A stretch of 64,000 bases of DNA from an uncultured Rhodobacteraceae bacterium (lineage in GTDB: Bacteria > Pseudomonadota > Alphaproteobacteria > Rhodobacterales > Rhodobacteraceae). Below the pieces are notes generated by a model. That model was not told the DNA's origin and made no database searches. It saw only the letters and a list, made by a program, of their open reading frames with translations. Positions within the stretch are counted from its first letter, which is position 1, and each line of letters opens with the position of its first letter. Location of the stretch: positions 3,267-67,266 of the forward strand of contig CALDUK010000015.1 in assembly GCA_937924905.1 (NCBI GenBank). The letters are read 5' to 3'. Positions 48,287 through 58,466 of the stretch are shown piece by piece. The translations under genes and the position numbers were made by a program.

Positions 48287-49171
48287 TTAGCCGCCGGCGG
48301 CTTTGGCGACCTCGGCCGCGAAGTCTTCTTCTTTCTTCTCGATGCCTTCACCGACTTCAAAGCGTACAAAGCCTAGAATCTCGGCGCCCGCATCGGCGGC
48401 GACTTTACCAACGGTATCTCCATCGGGGCTCATCACAAAAGCCTGGTTCACCAGCGTCACTTCGGCAAAGAACTTCTTCATCCGACCTTTGATCATGTTT
48501 TCAATGATATTGTCCGGCTTGCCGCTTTCGCGGGCCTGATCGGTCAGGATCTGCTTTTCCTTTTCGACAATTGCCGGGTCCAGATCAGCCTCGGTCAGCG
48601 ATTGTGGGCGTGGGTCAGCGGCGGCCACATGCATGGCAATCTGCTTGGCCAGATCATCCGATCCGCCTTTCAGCGCCACCAGACAGCCGATTTTACCCAT
48701 GCCGGGTGCGGCTGCGGTGTGCACGTAAGATCCGATCACATCGCCTTCGACCTTGGCCATACGGCGCAAAGACATGTTCTCGCCAATCGTTGCGATCTTG
48801 TCGGTGATCGTATCGGCCACCGATTTGCCGCCCAAGTCAGCTGCGGCCAAGGCATCGACATCCGACACGCCCAGTGCCGTTTTGGCGATGCCGCCGACCA
48901 TGTCCTGAAATTCTGCGTTTTTCGCAACAAAGTCTGTTTCCGAGTTCACCTCGACCGCAACGCCCGTGCCGCCTGACACCTCGATTGCAACCAGACCTTC
49001 TGCGGCCGTGCGGCCCGATTTCTTTGCGGCTTTCGCCAAGCCTTTGGTCCGCAGCCAGTCGATGGCTGCTTCCATGTCGCCGTCATTTTCTGTCAACGCC
49101 TTCTTGGCGTCCATCATGCCCGCGCCCGTTGTGTCGCGGAGCTCTTTTACAAGTGCTGCCGTGATTGCCAT
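48287..49171 (-). CDS. tsf: Elongation factor Ts
   Basis: [42 protein letters not shown]. Confidence 0.98.
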   Translation of the reverse strand: MAITAALVKELRDTTGAGMMDAKKALTENDGDMEAAIDWLRTKGLAKAAKKSGRTAAEGLVAIEVSGGTGVAVEVNSETDFVAKNAEFQDMVGGIAKTALGVSDVDALAAADLGGKSVADTITDKIATIGENMSLRRMAKVEGDVIGSYVHTAAAPGMGKIGCLVALKGGSDDLAKQIAMHVAAADPRPQSLTEADLDPAIVEKEKQILTDQARESGKPDNIIENMIKGRMKKFFAEVTLVNQAFVMSPDGDTVGKVAADAGAEILGFVRFEVGEGIEKKEEDFAAEVAKAAGG

Positions 49172-49197
49172 TTTGGCTCTCCTGATTACTGGAAGTG

Positions 49198-49223
49198 CCG
49201 GACCTAAGCGCACTTAGGTCCGG
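49198..49223. other. Perfect 11-bp hairpin in the rpsB-tsf intergenic region
   Basis: CCGGACCTAAG-CGCA-CTTAGGTCCGG. Confidence 0.7.
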
Positions 49224-49237
49224 TTTCAATGTTGGGT

Positions 49238-50065
49238 TTATTCAGCCTTTGCGGCTTCGCCTTCGACAGCGGGCTCCGCTGCGGCTTCTGGGGCCGCTGT
49301 CTCTTCGACGACAACCTCTTCAACCGTTTCTTCGACGGCATCTTCCATCGCGCCCATATCGACGCCGGCTGCACCCAGTTGAGCGCTCATGCCGTCCAGG
49401 GCAGCGCGGCTGACCAAATCACAATAAAGCGCAATCGCACGCGCCGCGTCGTCATTGCCGGGGATGATATAGTCGACACCATCTGGCGGGCAGTTTGTGT
49501 CCACCACAGCTACAACAGGAATGCCCAGCTTGCGGGCCTCGGCAATCGCCAGGTCTTCCTTGCTGACGTCGATGACGAACAGAAGGTCCGGAACACCACC
49601 CATTTCGCGGATGCCGCCCAGCGACGCCTGCAATTTGGTTTGCTCGCGTTCCATGCCAAGACGTTCTTTCTTGGTCAGGCCCTCTGCCCCGTCCACCATC
49701 TTTTCGTCGATGGCTTTCAAACGCTGGATCGACTGCGACACAGTCTTCCAGTTGGTCAGCGTGCCACCGAGCCAACGGTGGTTCATATAGTACTGGGCAC
49801 AACGTTCGGCTGCGTCGGCGATTGGCTTTTGCGCCTGCCGTTTGGTGCCGACAAACAGAACACGACCGCCCTTGGCGACCGTTTCGCGCACGACGTTCAA
49901 AGCCGCGTCCAGCATGGGCACGGTTTGTGTCAGATCGATGATGTGAATGCCGTTCCGGTCGCCATAGATGAATTCCTGCATACGCGGGTTCCATCGCTGG
50001 GTTTGGTGGCCAAAATGAACGCCAGCTTCCAAAAGCTGACGCATGGAAAATTCAGGGAGCGCCAT
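49238..50065 (-). CDS. rpsB: 30S ribosomal protein S2
   Basis: [32 protein letters not shown]; start ATG 50065 with AAGGA RBS. Confidence 0.98.
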   Translation of the reverse strand: MALPEFSMRQLLEAGVHFGHQTQRWNPRMQEFIYGDRNGIHIIDLTQTVPMLDAALNVVRETVAKGGRVLFVGTKRQAQKPIADAAERCAQYYMNHRWLGGTLTNWKTVSQSIQRLKAIDEKMVDGAEGLTKKERLGMEREQTKLQASLGGIREMGGVPDLLFVIDVSKEDLAIAEARKLGIPVVAVVDTNCPPDGVDYIIPGNDDAARAIALYCDLVSRAALDGMSAQLGAAGVDMGAMEDAVEETVEEVVVEETAAPEAAAEPAVEGEAAKAE

Positions 50066-50180
50066 GTCCAAATTCCTTTCCGGTTTGCGCCTCGGCAGAG
50101 CCATGAGGGACATTGTCCCAACCGGCGGACCTGACGGGATGTCTCCCCGAAAGGCCCAAGCTCTGCCTGTGAAGTGGGCG
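50066..50180 (-). promoter_or_regulatory. Structured rpsB 5' leader (putative S2 autoregulatory element)
   Basis: Long-range stem GGCAGAGC (50094-50101)/GCTCTGCC (50160-50167) encloses the hairpin GGGACA-T-TGTCCC. Confidence 0.55.
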
Positions 50181-50322
50181 CGGAATAGGACAGGTTGTCG
50201 GGCTTTGCAAGGAGTTTCGCGGTCTGCTCGCAAATCCGGGGCAACACGGCGCAAATTGCCGCGAATGCAACCGGTCCCCCTGCCCCATTGCAAACACGCC
50301 GCAGTCCTGCCAATCAGCCTAT

Positions 50323-51228
50323 ATGAACGACCCTGTGACATTTCAGGACAAGCTGCAAAACATCGCAGCGCGCACTGTTCTGGGCGGTGCGCTTTTATTG
50401 CCCTATCCGCTGCGGGTGCGGGTCGTCGGGCGTGTCTTTTCCACGTTCGTTGCGCCGTTGGCAGGATGGGGCAAACGGGTGCGAGGCAATCTGGGCTATG
50501 TCTATCCGGATATGCCCGAAGCCGAGAAAAGCCGCATAGCCCGCAAGGTTACAGATAATGTCGGGCGCACCCTGATCGAGATTTACTCGGGGCAGGCCTT
50601 TATTGACCGCGCCCGGCCTTCACCGGTTGAAGGGCCTGGGTGGGATGCCGTCAAAGCCGCGCGCGCCGACGGGCGCCCGATTGTTTTTGTCACGGCGCAT
50701 CTGGGAAATTACGACGCAATCCGGTCAAAGCTGACGCGCGAAGGCTTTCCAATGGCGGCGCTTTATCGGCCCATGAAGAACCCGTCTTTTCATGCCCATT
50801 ACCTGAAAGCCATCAGCACGATTGCCGAGCCGGTCTATCCGACCGACAACAAAGGTATCGTTGCGCTGATCAAGCACCTGAAACAGGGCGGTGTCCTGGG
50901 CATTGTTGCCGACGTCGGGTCGCGCAGAGCACCGCTTTTGCGGTTCTTTGACAAACCCGCCCACACACCGGTTTCTGCGGCTGAATGGGCAGTCAAGTAT
51001 AACGCGCTACTTGTGCCAATCTTTGGGCTGCGCCAGCCCGATGGTCTCAGCTTCCGGCTGCACGTCGATGTGCCGATTGACCACGGTGACCCGGGCGAGA
51101 TGATGCAACGCTATAATGATGTGGTTGAAACCATGGTCCGGGCATATCCGGACCAATGGTTCTGGGTTCACAAGCGCTGGAAACTCAGCGCCGAGGCGCA
51201 GGCTATTTCAGGCGAGACGCCCCCATGA
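50323..51228 (+). CDS. Lipid A late acyltransferase (LpxL/HtrB family)
   Basis: TAHLGNYD (HxxxxD), [20 protein letters not shown]. Confidence 0.88.
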   Translation: MNDPVTFQDKLQNIAARTVLGGALLLPYPLRVRVVGRVFSTFVAPLAGWGKRVRGNLGYVYPDMPEAEKSRIARKVTDNVGRTLIEIYSGQAFIDRARPSPVEGPGWDAVKAARADGRPIVFVTAHLGNYDAIRSKLTREGFPMAALYRPMKNPSFHAHYLKAISTIAEPVYPTDNKGIVALIKHLKQGGVLGIVADVGSRRAPLLRFFDKPAHTPVSAAEWAVKYNALLVPIFGLRQPDGLSFRLHVDVPIDHGDPGEMMQRYNDVVETMVRAYPDQWFWVHKRWKLSAEAQAISGETPP

Positions 51229-51892
51229 TGGGCCCGGCCCCTTTGGCCTGAACAAGCACCACGACCGGCATGTCACTTGGAACACGCGCTGTGGCTTTGT
51301 ATTCGCCCTGCCCGTTCCACGAGCCAAGTGTCACAAGATCGCGCACCACGTTGTGATAGGTGATCGTGCGACCGGCATTCTCGCCGCGCCGAATTTTGAC
51401 CGTCGCTTCGGGCATGTATGTTACCACCTGCACAACCATGTCCGGCACATTCCCACGCGCATCTGCGCTGATGACAACCTGATTGCCGTTGCGTGCCAGA
51501 TCAATGAAAACCGGCAATTTGCGGTTTTCATGTTTGCGCACCGCACTGCTGACTTTCATGGCGCGGGAACCGACCACATGGTCGGTGCCGCCGATAACCA
51601 TTTGCGGTGTATAGATCGTCCGTTCGCCTTTGGCGCGGGCATAGGCGCGTTGGCGTTTGGTGTGGTCTGGGCTGGCGAATTCATCTTTCCAGCCAAGATA
51701 ATCCCAGTAATCCACATGCATCGCCAAAGCGACGACGTTGTCTTCTTCGGCCAATTGACCCAGTATCTTGTCAGCGGGCGGGCAGGACGAACAGCCTTGG
51801 CTGGTAAACAGCTCGACCACCACGACTTCCTCGGCCTGCGCAAATCCTGCAAGGGCCACCCAGGCCGCAGATATCAAGCTTACCAAACGCAT
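51203..51892 (-). CDS. DUF1223 secreted thioredoxin-like protein
   Basis: Signal peptide, VVELFTSQGCSSCPPAD, HVDYWDYLGWKD, YTPQ. Confidence 0.9.
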   Translation of the reverse strand: MRLVSLISAAWVALAGFAQAEEVVVVELFTSQGCSSCPPADKILGQLAEEDNVVALAMHVDYWDYLGWKDEFASPDHTKRQRAYARAKGERTIYTPQMVIGGTDHVVGSRAMKVSSAVRKHENRKLPVFIDLARNGNQVVISADARGNVPDMVVQVVTYMPEATVKIRRGENAGRTITYHNVVRDLVTLGSWNGQGEYKATARVPSDMPVVVLVQAKGAGPIMGASRLK

Positions 51893-52101
51893 ATTCGTCA
51901 CCTATTCATGTATCCCCGATAATGCTTACGCGACGTATTTGATCCGCACCAATCAAGGTTTTGCGAGTCTGCGTTACAATTCGCAACTGCTGTCCGGGGC
52001 GCAATATGTACACAATGGTATACAGAATTGTCTTGCCCCTTTGTTTCCTAGGGAGTATTGCAGCGCCAATCCTTCCTGCATTGCCATAATGGAGTAGCCA
52101 T

Positions 52102-54792
52102 ATGCCCATCACCGTTGGCCACGATTCTTCCAAAACCCGCAAAACCCTGACCGCTGGCAGCCAGTCTATTGATTATTATTCGATTCCTGCCGCCGAAGCT
52201 GCGGGGCTTGGCAATTTCTCAAAACTGCCAGCTGCGCTGAAGGTTGTGCTGGAAAACATGCTGCGTTTCGAGGACGGAAAGACGGTCAGCGTCGATGATA
52301 TCAAGGCGTTTGGAACCTGGGGCGACAAAGGCGGCAAGAACCCACGTGAGATCGCCTATCGCCCGGCCCGCGTGCTGATGCAGGATTTCACCGGTGTTCC
52401 CGCCGTTGTCGATCTGGCCGCGATGCGCGACGGCATCAAGGCGCTTGGCGGTGACCCGCAAAAGATCAACCCGCTTAACCCTGTCGATCTGGTGATCGAC
52501 CACTCGGTTATGATCGATGAATTTGGCAATCCCCGCGCGTTCCAGATGAATGTTGATCGCGAATACGAACGCAACATGGAACGCTATACTTTCCTTAAAT
52601 GGGGCCAGTCCGCATTCAACAACTTTCGCGTTGTGCCGCCTGGCACCGGCATTTGCCACCAGGTGAACCTGGAATATCTGGCGCAGACCGTCTGGACCGA
52701 TACCGACCAGAACGGTCGCGAGGTTGCCTATCCCGACACTTTGGTCGGCACGGACAGCCATACCACCATGGTCAATGGTGCGGCCGTTTTGGGCTGGGGT
52801 GTCGGCGGGATTGAGGCCGAAGCGGCCATGCTGGGCCAACCGATTTCGATGCTGATCCCCGAAGTCATCGGCTTCAAACTGACAGGCGCGATGATGGAAG
52901 GCACGACCGGCACCGATCTGGTGTTGAAAGTCGTCGAAATGCTGCGCGAAAAAGGTGTGGTCAGCAAATTTGTCGAATTCTACGGCCCGGGCTTGGATAA
53001 CCTGCCGCTGGCAGACCGCGCGACGATCGCCAATATGGCACCCGAATACGGTGCAACCTGTGGCTTCTTCCCGATCGATGGCGAAACGCTGCGGTATTTG
53101 CGGAATACAGGCCGCGACGAAGACCGCATCGCGCTGGTCGAAGCCTATGCCAAGGAAAACGGTTTCTGGCGCGGCGACGACTATGATCCGATCTATACCG
53201 ACACTCTGACGCTGGACATGGGCACCATCGTCCCTGCCATTTCCGGCCCGAAACGCCCACAGGACTTTGTTGCCCTGACCGACGCAAAAGCCGCGTTCAC
53301 CAAAGAAATGGCCGAGACATTCAAACGCCCCATGGGCAAGAAGGTCGCGGTCAAAGGTGAAGACTATGCGATGGAATCGGGCAAGGTCGTGATCGCTTCG
53401 ATCACATCCTGCACCAACACGTCGAACCCCTATGTGATGATTGGGGCTGGCCTTGTGGCCCGCAAGGCGGCCGCATTGGGGATGAACCGCAAGCCTTGGG
53501 TGAAGACCTCGCTTGCCCCGGGCAGCCAGGTCGTGTCAGCCTATCTGGAAGCCGCCGAACTGCAAGACGACCTCGATGCCGTCGGCTTCAACCTTGTCGG
53601 TTACGGGTGCACCACATGCATCGGCAACTCGGGCCCAATCCAGCCGGAACTGTCCGAAGCCATCGCAGAAGGCGATCTGGTGGCGACCGCAGTTTTGTCA
53701 GGCAACCGCAACTTTGAAGGCCGGATCTCGCCGGATGTACGCGCGAACTATCTGGCCTCGCCGCCTTTGGTGGTGATCTATGCGCTGGCCGGCACCATGG
53801 ACATTGACCTGACGACCGAACCGGTGGGTCAGGACAAGGACGGCAACGATGTTTACCTGAAAGATCTTTGGCCCAGCCAGGCTGAAATCGCCGAACTGGT
53901 TGAAAGAACCGTCACGCGCGAAGCGTTCCTGTCCAAATACGCCGACGTCTTTAAGGGCGACGACAAGTGGCAGGGCGTCAAGGTGCCCCAACAGGAAACC
54001 TATGACTGGCCTGCGACGTCCACCTATGTTCAGAACCCACCCTATTTCCAGGGTATGGGCAAAGAACCGGGCACGATTAGCAATATCAATGGCGCGCGCA
54101 TCATGGCGCTTTTGGGCGACATGATCACCACCGACCACATCAGCCCCGCAGGCAGTTTCAAGGAAAGCACGCCCGCCGGCCAGTATCTGACTGACCGCCA
54201 GGTGCCGGTGCGTGAATTTAATTCCTACGGGTCGCGTCGCGGCAACCACGAAATCATGATGCGCGGCACGTTCGCCAATATCCGGATCAAGAACGAAATG
54301 CTGGATGGTGTCGAAGGCGGCTATACCAAAGGGCCGGGCGGCAAAGAAACATCGATCTATGAGGCTGCGATGGCCTATCAGGATGCCGGCATTCCCCTTG
54401 TTGTGATCGGCGGCGAACAGTACGGGGCCGGTTCCTCGCGCGACTGGGCGGCCAAAGGCACGGCACTGTTGGGCGTCAAAGCCGTGATTGCGGAAAGTTT
54501 TGAACGGATCCACAGGTCAAACCTGGTTGGCATGGGCGTTATCCCGTTCGAATTCACCGGCGGTGATACACGGAAGTCCTTGGGCCTGACGGGCGACGAA
54601 AGCGTGTCGATCCACGGGCTGGAAGGCGATCTGGTGCCGCTGTCAAACGTGCCTTGCACCATCACCTATCCCGATGGCAGCACCAAAGACATCCAACTGA
54701 AGTGCCGGATCGATACCGCAATCGAGATTGAATACATCGAACACGGCGGTGTCTTGCATTACGTTCTCAGGAACCTTGCGCAAGCCGCGTAA
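52102..54792 (+). CDS. acnA: Aconitate hydratase A
   Basis: QDFTGVP, GTDSHT, ITSCTNTSNP, GYGCTTCIGNSG, GSSRDWAAKG; 896 aa. Confidence 0.98.
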   Translation: MPITVGHDSSKTRKTLTAGSQSIDYYSIPAAEAAGLGNFSKLPAALKVVLENMLRFEDGKTVSVDDIKAFGTWGDKGGKNPREIAYRPARVLMQDFTGVPAVVDLAAMRDGIKALGGDPQKINPLNPVDLVIDHSVMIDEFGNPRAFQMNVDREYERNMERYTFLKWGQSAFNNFRVVPPGTGICHQVNLEYLAQTVWTDTDQNGREVAYPDTLVGTDSHTTMVNGAAVLGWGVGGIEAEAAMLGQPISMLIPEVIGFKLTGAMMEGTTGTDLVLKVVEMLREKGVVSKFVEFYGPGLDNLPLADRATIANMAPEYGATCGFFPIDGETLRYLRNTGRDEDRIALVEAYAKENGFWRGDDYDPIYTDTLTLDMGTIVPAISGPKRPQDFVALTDAKAAFTKEMAETFKRPMGKKVAVKGEDYAMESGKVVIASITSCTNTSNPYVMIGAGLVARKAAALGMNRKPWVKTSLAPGSQVVSAYLEAAELQDDLDAVGFNLVGYGCTTCIGNSGPIQPELSEAIAEGDLVATAVLSGNRNFEGRISPDVRANYLASPPLVVIYALAGTMDIDLTTEPVGQDKDGNDVYLKDLWPSQAEIAELVERTVTREAFLSKYADVFKGDDKWQGVKVPQQETYDWPATSTYVQNPPYFQGMGKEPGTISNINGARIMALLGDMITTDHISPAGSFKESTPAGQYLTDRQVPVREFNSYGSRRGNHEIMMRGTFANIRIKNEMLDGVEGGYTKGPGGKETSIYEAAMAYQDAGIPLVVIGGEQYGAGSSRDWAAKGTALLGVKAVIAESFERIHRSNLVGMGVIPFEFTGGDTRKSLGLTGDESVSIHGLEGDLVPLSNVPCTITYPDGSTKDIQLKCRIDTAIEIEYIEHGGVLHYVLRNLAQAA

Positions 54793-54810
54793 GCCAAACC
54801 AGCATTCTGA

Positions 54811-54837
54811 AAAGGCGCGCCCAAGTGGTGCGCCTTT
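54811..54837 (+). terminator. Probable intrinsic terminator after acnA
   Basis: AAAGGCGCGCC-CAAGT-GGTGCGCCTTT followed by CCTGTTTT. Confidence 0.7.
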
Positions 54838-55052
54838 CCTGTTTTCGCGGCCTTGATTAACGCTTTGGAAACATACCAGTTCCAAGGAATGCCTTGTGTT
54901 TTCCAGCAAATCTGCCAGCCTGCGCGGGTTGATGAGTTCTGGGGCCTCGCATGCATTCTGCCAGTGATAAGTTGCGCGTTATTGCACGCGCCATGCCGTT
55001 TTCACTTCCACCACTAGAAGCCGCAGGGCTTGTCCTGATGATGGTGCTTTGG

Positions 55053-55589
55053 CTATTCGGCTAAAGCGGCGGCAAGCGCTGGTTTGATACGGTTTTCCAA
55101 CAGGGGTTCGTTGATCGGCCCGCGCACATGCACCAAAACGGTGCCATCGCTGCCAATTACAAAGGTTTCGGGCAAGGCGTAAACGCCCCATTCGATGCTT
55201 TGGCGGTTGCCGGGGTCGGCCACGACAGCGGTATAAGGGTTGCCCAATTCGGCAAGAAACCCTTCGGCCTGGTCTGGCGTGCGGTCACGGTTGATCCCAT
55301 AGACAGGCACGGTTTCGGCCAGTTCCATGATATAGGGGTGCTCGACCCGGCAAGGCGCACACCAACTGGCCCAGAAATTCACAACCTTCGGCCCGGGCCC
55401 TGCAAACACGCTTCCATCAAAACTGGGCAGGGTTCCAACCGCCAGATCGACGATCTGGGGCGCTGGCAAACCTTCCTGCGAAGATGGCAACGCGTCCGGA
55501 TCATCCCGAAACATGCCCCCCAGAAACAGCCCGGCGATGGCCGCAAAAATCACAGGCGGGAAAATCGCCAGGGGTGGGATCCTACCCAT
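55053..55589 (-). CDS. ccmG: Cytochrome c biogenesis thiol-disulfide oxidoreductase (DsbE)
   Basis: VNFWASWCAPCRVEHP, WGVYALPETF. Confidence 0.93.
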   Translation of the reverse strand: MGRIPPLAIFPPVIFAAIAGLFLGGMFRDDPDALPSSQEGLPAPQIVDLAVGTLPSFDGSVFAGPGPKVVNFWASWCAPCRVEHPYIMELAETVPVYGINRDRTPDQAEGFLAELGNPYTAVVADPGNRQSIEWGVYALPETFVIGSDGTVLVHVRGPINEPLLENRIKPALAAALAE

Positions 55590-55731
55590 TCTGTCTGTCC
55601 TCGGCCGCATTCAGCTTGCGCTTTGATGCCCGAGATTGCCGCCAGGACAACCAGACAAGCCCAAACAAAAGGGCCAGCGACCCAACATAGGCCAGCGTCA
55701 CCTCGCCCGCATATTGTCCAAGATCAGGCAT
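55582..55731 (-). CDS. ccmD: Heme exporter protein D
   Basis: Not in the ORF track. Translated by hand: MPDLGQYAGEVTLAYVGSLALLFGLVWLSWRQSRASKRKLNAAEDRQNG (49 aa), between ccmC and ccmG. Confidence 0.88.
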   Translation of the reverse strand: MPDLGQYAGEVTLAYVGSLALLFGLVWLSWRQSRASKRKLNAAEDRQNG

Positions 55732-56459
55732 CACGCCATCCTTTCCCGCGTTTCAATCGCATGGACCCGGCGCAGGCGTATTTCGCTGCGGGTTCTTTGC
55801 AAAACCAGCGCGACAAACAACAAGACAAACCCGGCCAGACAAACCAGCAACGGAAACCAGAAGACATCCGCGACGTTTTCTTCCGCGTCCAACGACAGGC
55901 TTGCGCCTTGATGCAAGCCCTGGTTCCAGAACAGCACCGCGTAGCGCGACAGGATGGCAAAGATGGACCCCACAAGGCAGAGAATGCTGGTCAGATCCGC
56001 CGCGGTTTCAGGATCCTCTATCGCAGACCAAAGTGCGATATAGCCCAGATAAAACAGAAATAGGATGAGGAACGAGGTCAAACGTGGATCCCATTCCCAC
56101 CACGTCCCCCACATTGGCTGACCCCAGACCGCGCCAGTGAATAATGCCATCAGGGTCATCACCATGCCCACCGGGGCGGCCGCTTTGGCAGCCAGCGCGC
56201 TGACATGATGACGCCGGATCAGCCAGATCAGGGATGTGACCAGCATCATGGCCCAGGCATTGATCGCCATCATCGCGGACGGCACGTGCAAATAGATGAT
56301 CTTGACGGTCGATCCTTGACGGAAATCATCGGGCGTGAAGAAAAATCCCCATATCAGCCCCCCCACAAGGCAAGCCGTTGCCAGCACAAACACCGGCCCG
56401 ATCACCCGGTCGGTGATGCTCATAAACTTCCGCGGATTTGCGAATTCCCAAAGCGACAT
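55731..56459 (-). CDS. ccmC: Heme exporter protein C
   Basis: YLHVP, WWD motif WGQPMWGTWWEWDPRLTS, LHQ. Confidence 0.96.
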   Translation of the reverse strand: MSLWEFANPRKFMSITDRVIGPVFVLATACLVGGLIWGFFFTPDDFRQGSTVKIIYLHVPSAMMAINAWAMMLVTSLIWLIRRHHVSALAAKAAAPVGMVMTLMALFTGAVWGQPMWGTWWEWDPRLTSFLILFLFYLGYIALWSAIEDPETAADLTSILCLVGSIFAILSRYAVLFWNQGLHQGASLSLDAEENVADVFWFPLLVCLAGFVLLFVALVLQRTRSEIRLRRVHAIETRERMA

Positions 56460-56512
56460 GATTGTTACTTAGGCCTCCCTTAAGGCGCTCTCAAGCGCCA
56501 GCACGTCGCAGC

Positions 56513-56800
56513 TCATGTCCGCGTGCCCCCGAACCAGCCCTTCCGGTGAAGCAGCTCAAGGATCAACGCCAGCGTCAAAAGAACCGGTGCGCCAAACGCA
56601 TAGGCAAAGACGATCAGAACCGTGTCCGAATTCAGGGGATTGGATACACCCCGTACGCTCCAGCCATGCCAGCAAAGACCCGCGAAAAAGATCAGCCCCA
56701 GCCCAATCAGAAACCAGCGAACCGGGTGCCATCGCATGAACAGCCCCACCGCCGTGATAGCCAATGGCGAGGCCAGAAATAAAAGATCACCAAAACTCAT
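56513..56800 (-). CDS. Hypothetical membrane protein (95 aa, ~3 TM) between ccmB and ccmC
   Basis: ATG 56800 overlaps the ccmB TGA (ATGA coupling); MSFGDLLFLASPLAITAVGLF... Confidence 0.7.
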   Translation of the reverse strand: MSFGDLLFLASPLAITAVGLFMRWHPVRWFLIGLGLIFFAGLCWHGWSVRGVSNPLNSDTVLIVFAYAFGAPVLLTLALILELLHRKGWFGGTRT

Positions 56801-57453
56801 CTCAGATTCACCCGAATGGCCGCCGCCGCGGCAAAAGGCAGAACCGCCAGGGACCCCAACGTGATCAGTGCAACGAACATCAGCGGGGTTGTCGCGCCCT
56901 GCCCTGCGGCCGCGCGGCCAACAGCATCGGCGCCAAAGATCAGCGTCGGCATGTAAAGCGGCAGCACAAGGATCGACAAAAGCAAACCACCCCGCTTCAA
57001 CCCAACCGTCAAAGCCGCGCCAAAGGCCCCGATCACCGACAAGGCCGGTGTCCCGAACGCGAGTGATACCACCAGCACCATATAGGCCTCGCCCGGCAGG
57101 TTCAGCAGGATGCCCAGAACCGGCGCAGCCAGTGTCAGCGGCAGGCCGGTTGATATCCAATGTGCCAGCGCTTTGGCGTAAATCACCGCTTCAAGCGGCA
57201 AGGGCGCGGTCGCCAGAAGATCAAGGGATCCGTCTTCGAAATCGGTGGCAAACAACCGGTCGAGCGACAGAAGACAGGCCAGCAGCGCGCCCACCCACAA
57301 CGCACCGGGGGCAATGCGCGCCAAAACCTCGCGTTCAGGGCCGACGCCAAAAGGGATCAGCACGACAACGATCAGAAAAAACGCCAGGGCCAGGCCAAAG
57401 CCGCCGCCCGCGCGGATGGCCAGCTGAAGGTCGCGCTTCAACACGGCAATCAC
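56797..57453 (-). CDS. ccmB: Heme exporter protein B
   Basis: DFEDGSLDLL, KALAHW, ILVLPLYMPTLIFG. Confidence 0.95.
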   Translation of the reverse strand: MIAVLKRDLQLAIRAGGGFGLALAFFLIVVVLIPFGVGPEREVLARIAPGALWVGALLACLLSLDRLFATDFEDGSLDLLATAPLPLEAVIYAKALAHWISTGLPLTLAAPVLGILLNLPGEAYMVLVVSLAFGTPALSVIGAFGAALTVGLKRGGLLLSILVLPLYMPTLIFGADAVGRAAAGQGATTPLMFVALITLGSLAVLPFAAAAAIRVNLR

Positions 57454-58073
57454 AGAAACGCCTCGTCAAATGCGCCGTCAGATCGGTGGGCGGGTCTAAA
57501 CGCCGCGACATCCAGAACCTGCGCTTTCAGTCCCAGATCGATATGCGTTGCAATCAAAGCGGCCCCGCCCCGGCCCAGATGCTGACGGATTGCATCGGCA
57601 AATAGTTCGACCGATGCGGCATCAAGGGACACGGTCGGTTCGTCCAGCACCCAGACAGGACATGCGGTAACCAGCAATCGTGCAAGGCCCACGCGCCGCT
57701 TTTGCCCGGCGGACAAAGCACCTGCGTGACGGTTGCGCAGATCAAGTAAACTATATGCAGACATCGCGGTTTCAATGTCCTCGGTCCCGAACAAAGAAGC
57801 CCAGAACGCCAGATTTTCTGCCACCGTCAACGTGCCTTTCAACCCGTCGGCATGGGCGGCATAGGCAATTGCGCCGTCTTCGGCCTGCAGCTTGCCCGCG
57901 CTTGGGGGCTGCAACCCGGCAATTGTGCGCAAAAGTGTAGTTTTCCCTGACCCATTCGGCCCCTGCACGATCCGTGCTTCGCCGGGTAAAAGGTTTAGCG
58001 ACACGTTTTCCAGCAAAACAACGCCGCCCCGCGTGCAGGCAACAGTGTCCAGGGTCAAAAGCGGGGTCGTCAT
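57450..58073 (-). CDS. ccmA: Heme exporter ATP-binding protein A
   Basis: GPNGSGKTTLLR, LSAGQKRR, WVLDEP. Confidence 0.95.
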   Translation of the reverse strand: MTTPLLTLDTVACTRGGVVLLENVSLNLLPGEARIVQGPNGSGKTTLLRTIAGLQPPSAGKLQAEDGAIAYAAHADGLKGTLTVAENLAFWASLFGTEDIETAMSAYSLLDLRNRHAGALSAGQKRRVGLARLLVTACPVWVLDEPTVSLDAASVELFADAIRQHLGRGGAALIATHIDLGLKAQVLDVAAFRPAHRSDGAFDEAFL

Positions 58074-58111
58074 GGGGTCAGTTGTTGCCCAAGTTCAGGG
58101 CGAAGTCCACG

Positions 58112-58465
58112 CTAGACCGGCAGCAACGCGGCACCCACGCGCCGCCCTTCGCCCAGCAGCACATTATAGGTGCGGCACGCTTGCGGGGTGGCCATCACCT
58201 CGGCCCCGATCCCGGCAGTTTCCAGCGCGGTGCGCAACTCAGCGGGCAATTGCGCAATCTCAGGCCCCATCCCGAACAAAAGCACATCGACCTCACCCAT
58301 GGCCTTCAAAAGGGTCTCTGCATCCTCAAGCCCGCGCCATGATGTCACCCCGCCCGGCAAAACGGCAATGGCGCCTTGATACGCAGTGCCGCCGACGCGG
58401 AAAAACCCCGGCCCATAGCCGTCGATTGGGTGTTCGTCGCGAAAGTTGACCTCGTTCAGTTGCAT
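58112..58465 (-). CDS. Mth938-like (DUF498) domain protein
   Basis: IDGYGPG.F, LLFGMG, EVMATPQACRTYNVLLGEGRRVGAAL. Confidence 0.9.
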   Translation of the reverse strand: MQLNEVNFRDEHPIDGYGPGFFRVGGTAYQGAIAVLPGGVTSWRGLEDAETLLKAMGEVDVLLFGMGPEIAQLPAELRTALETAGIGAEVMATPQACRTYNVLLGEGRRVGAALLPV

Positions 58466-58466
58466 C

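Noticed and set aside
50066..50341. 92-aa N-terminal extension of RpsB
   Set aside because: The true start is MALPEFSMR at 50065 with an RBS; the extension runs through the leader and promoter.
56801..57160. N-terminal part of the 215-aa track ORF overlapping ccmB
   Set aside because: Alternative frame of ccmB; only the part from ATG 56800 is plausible.
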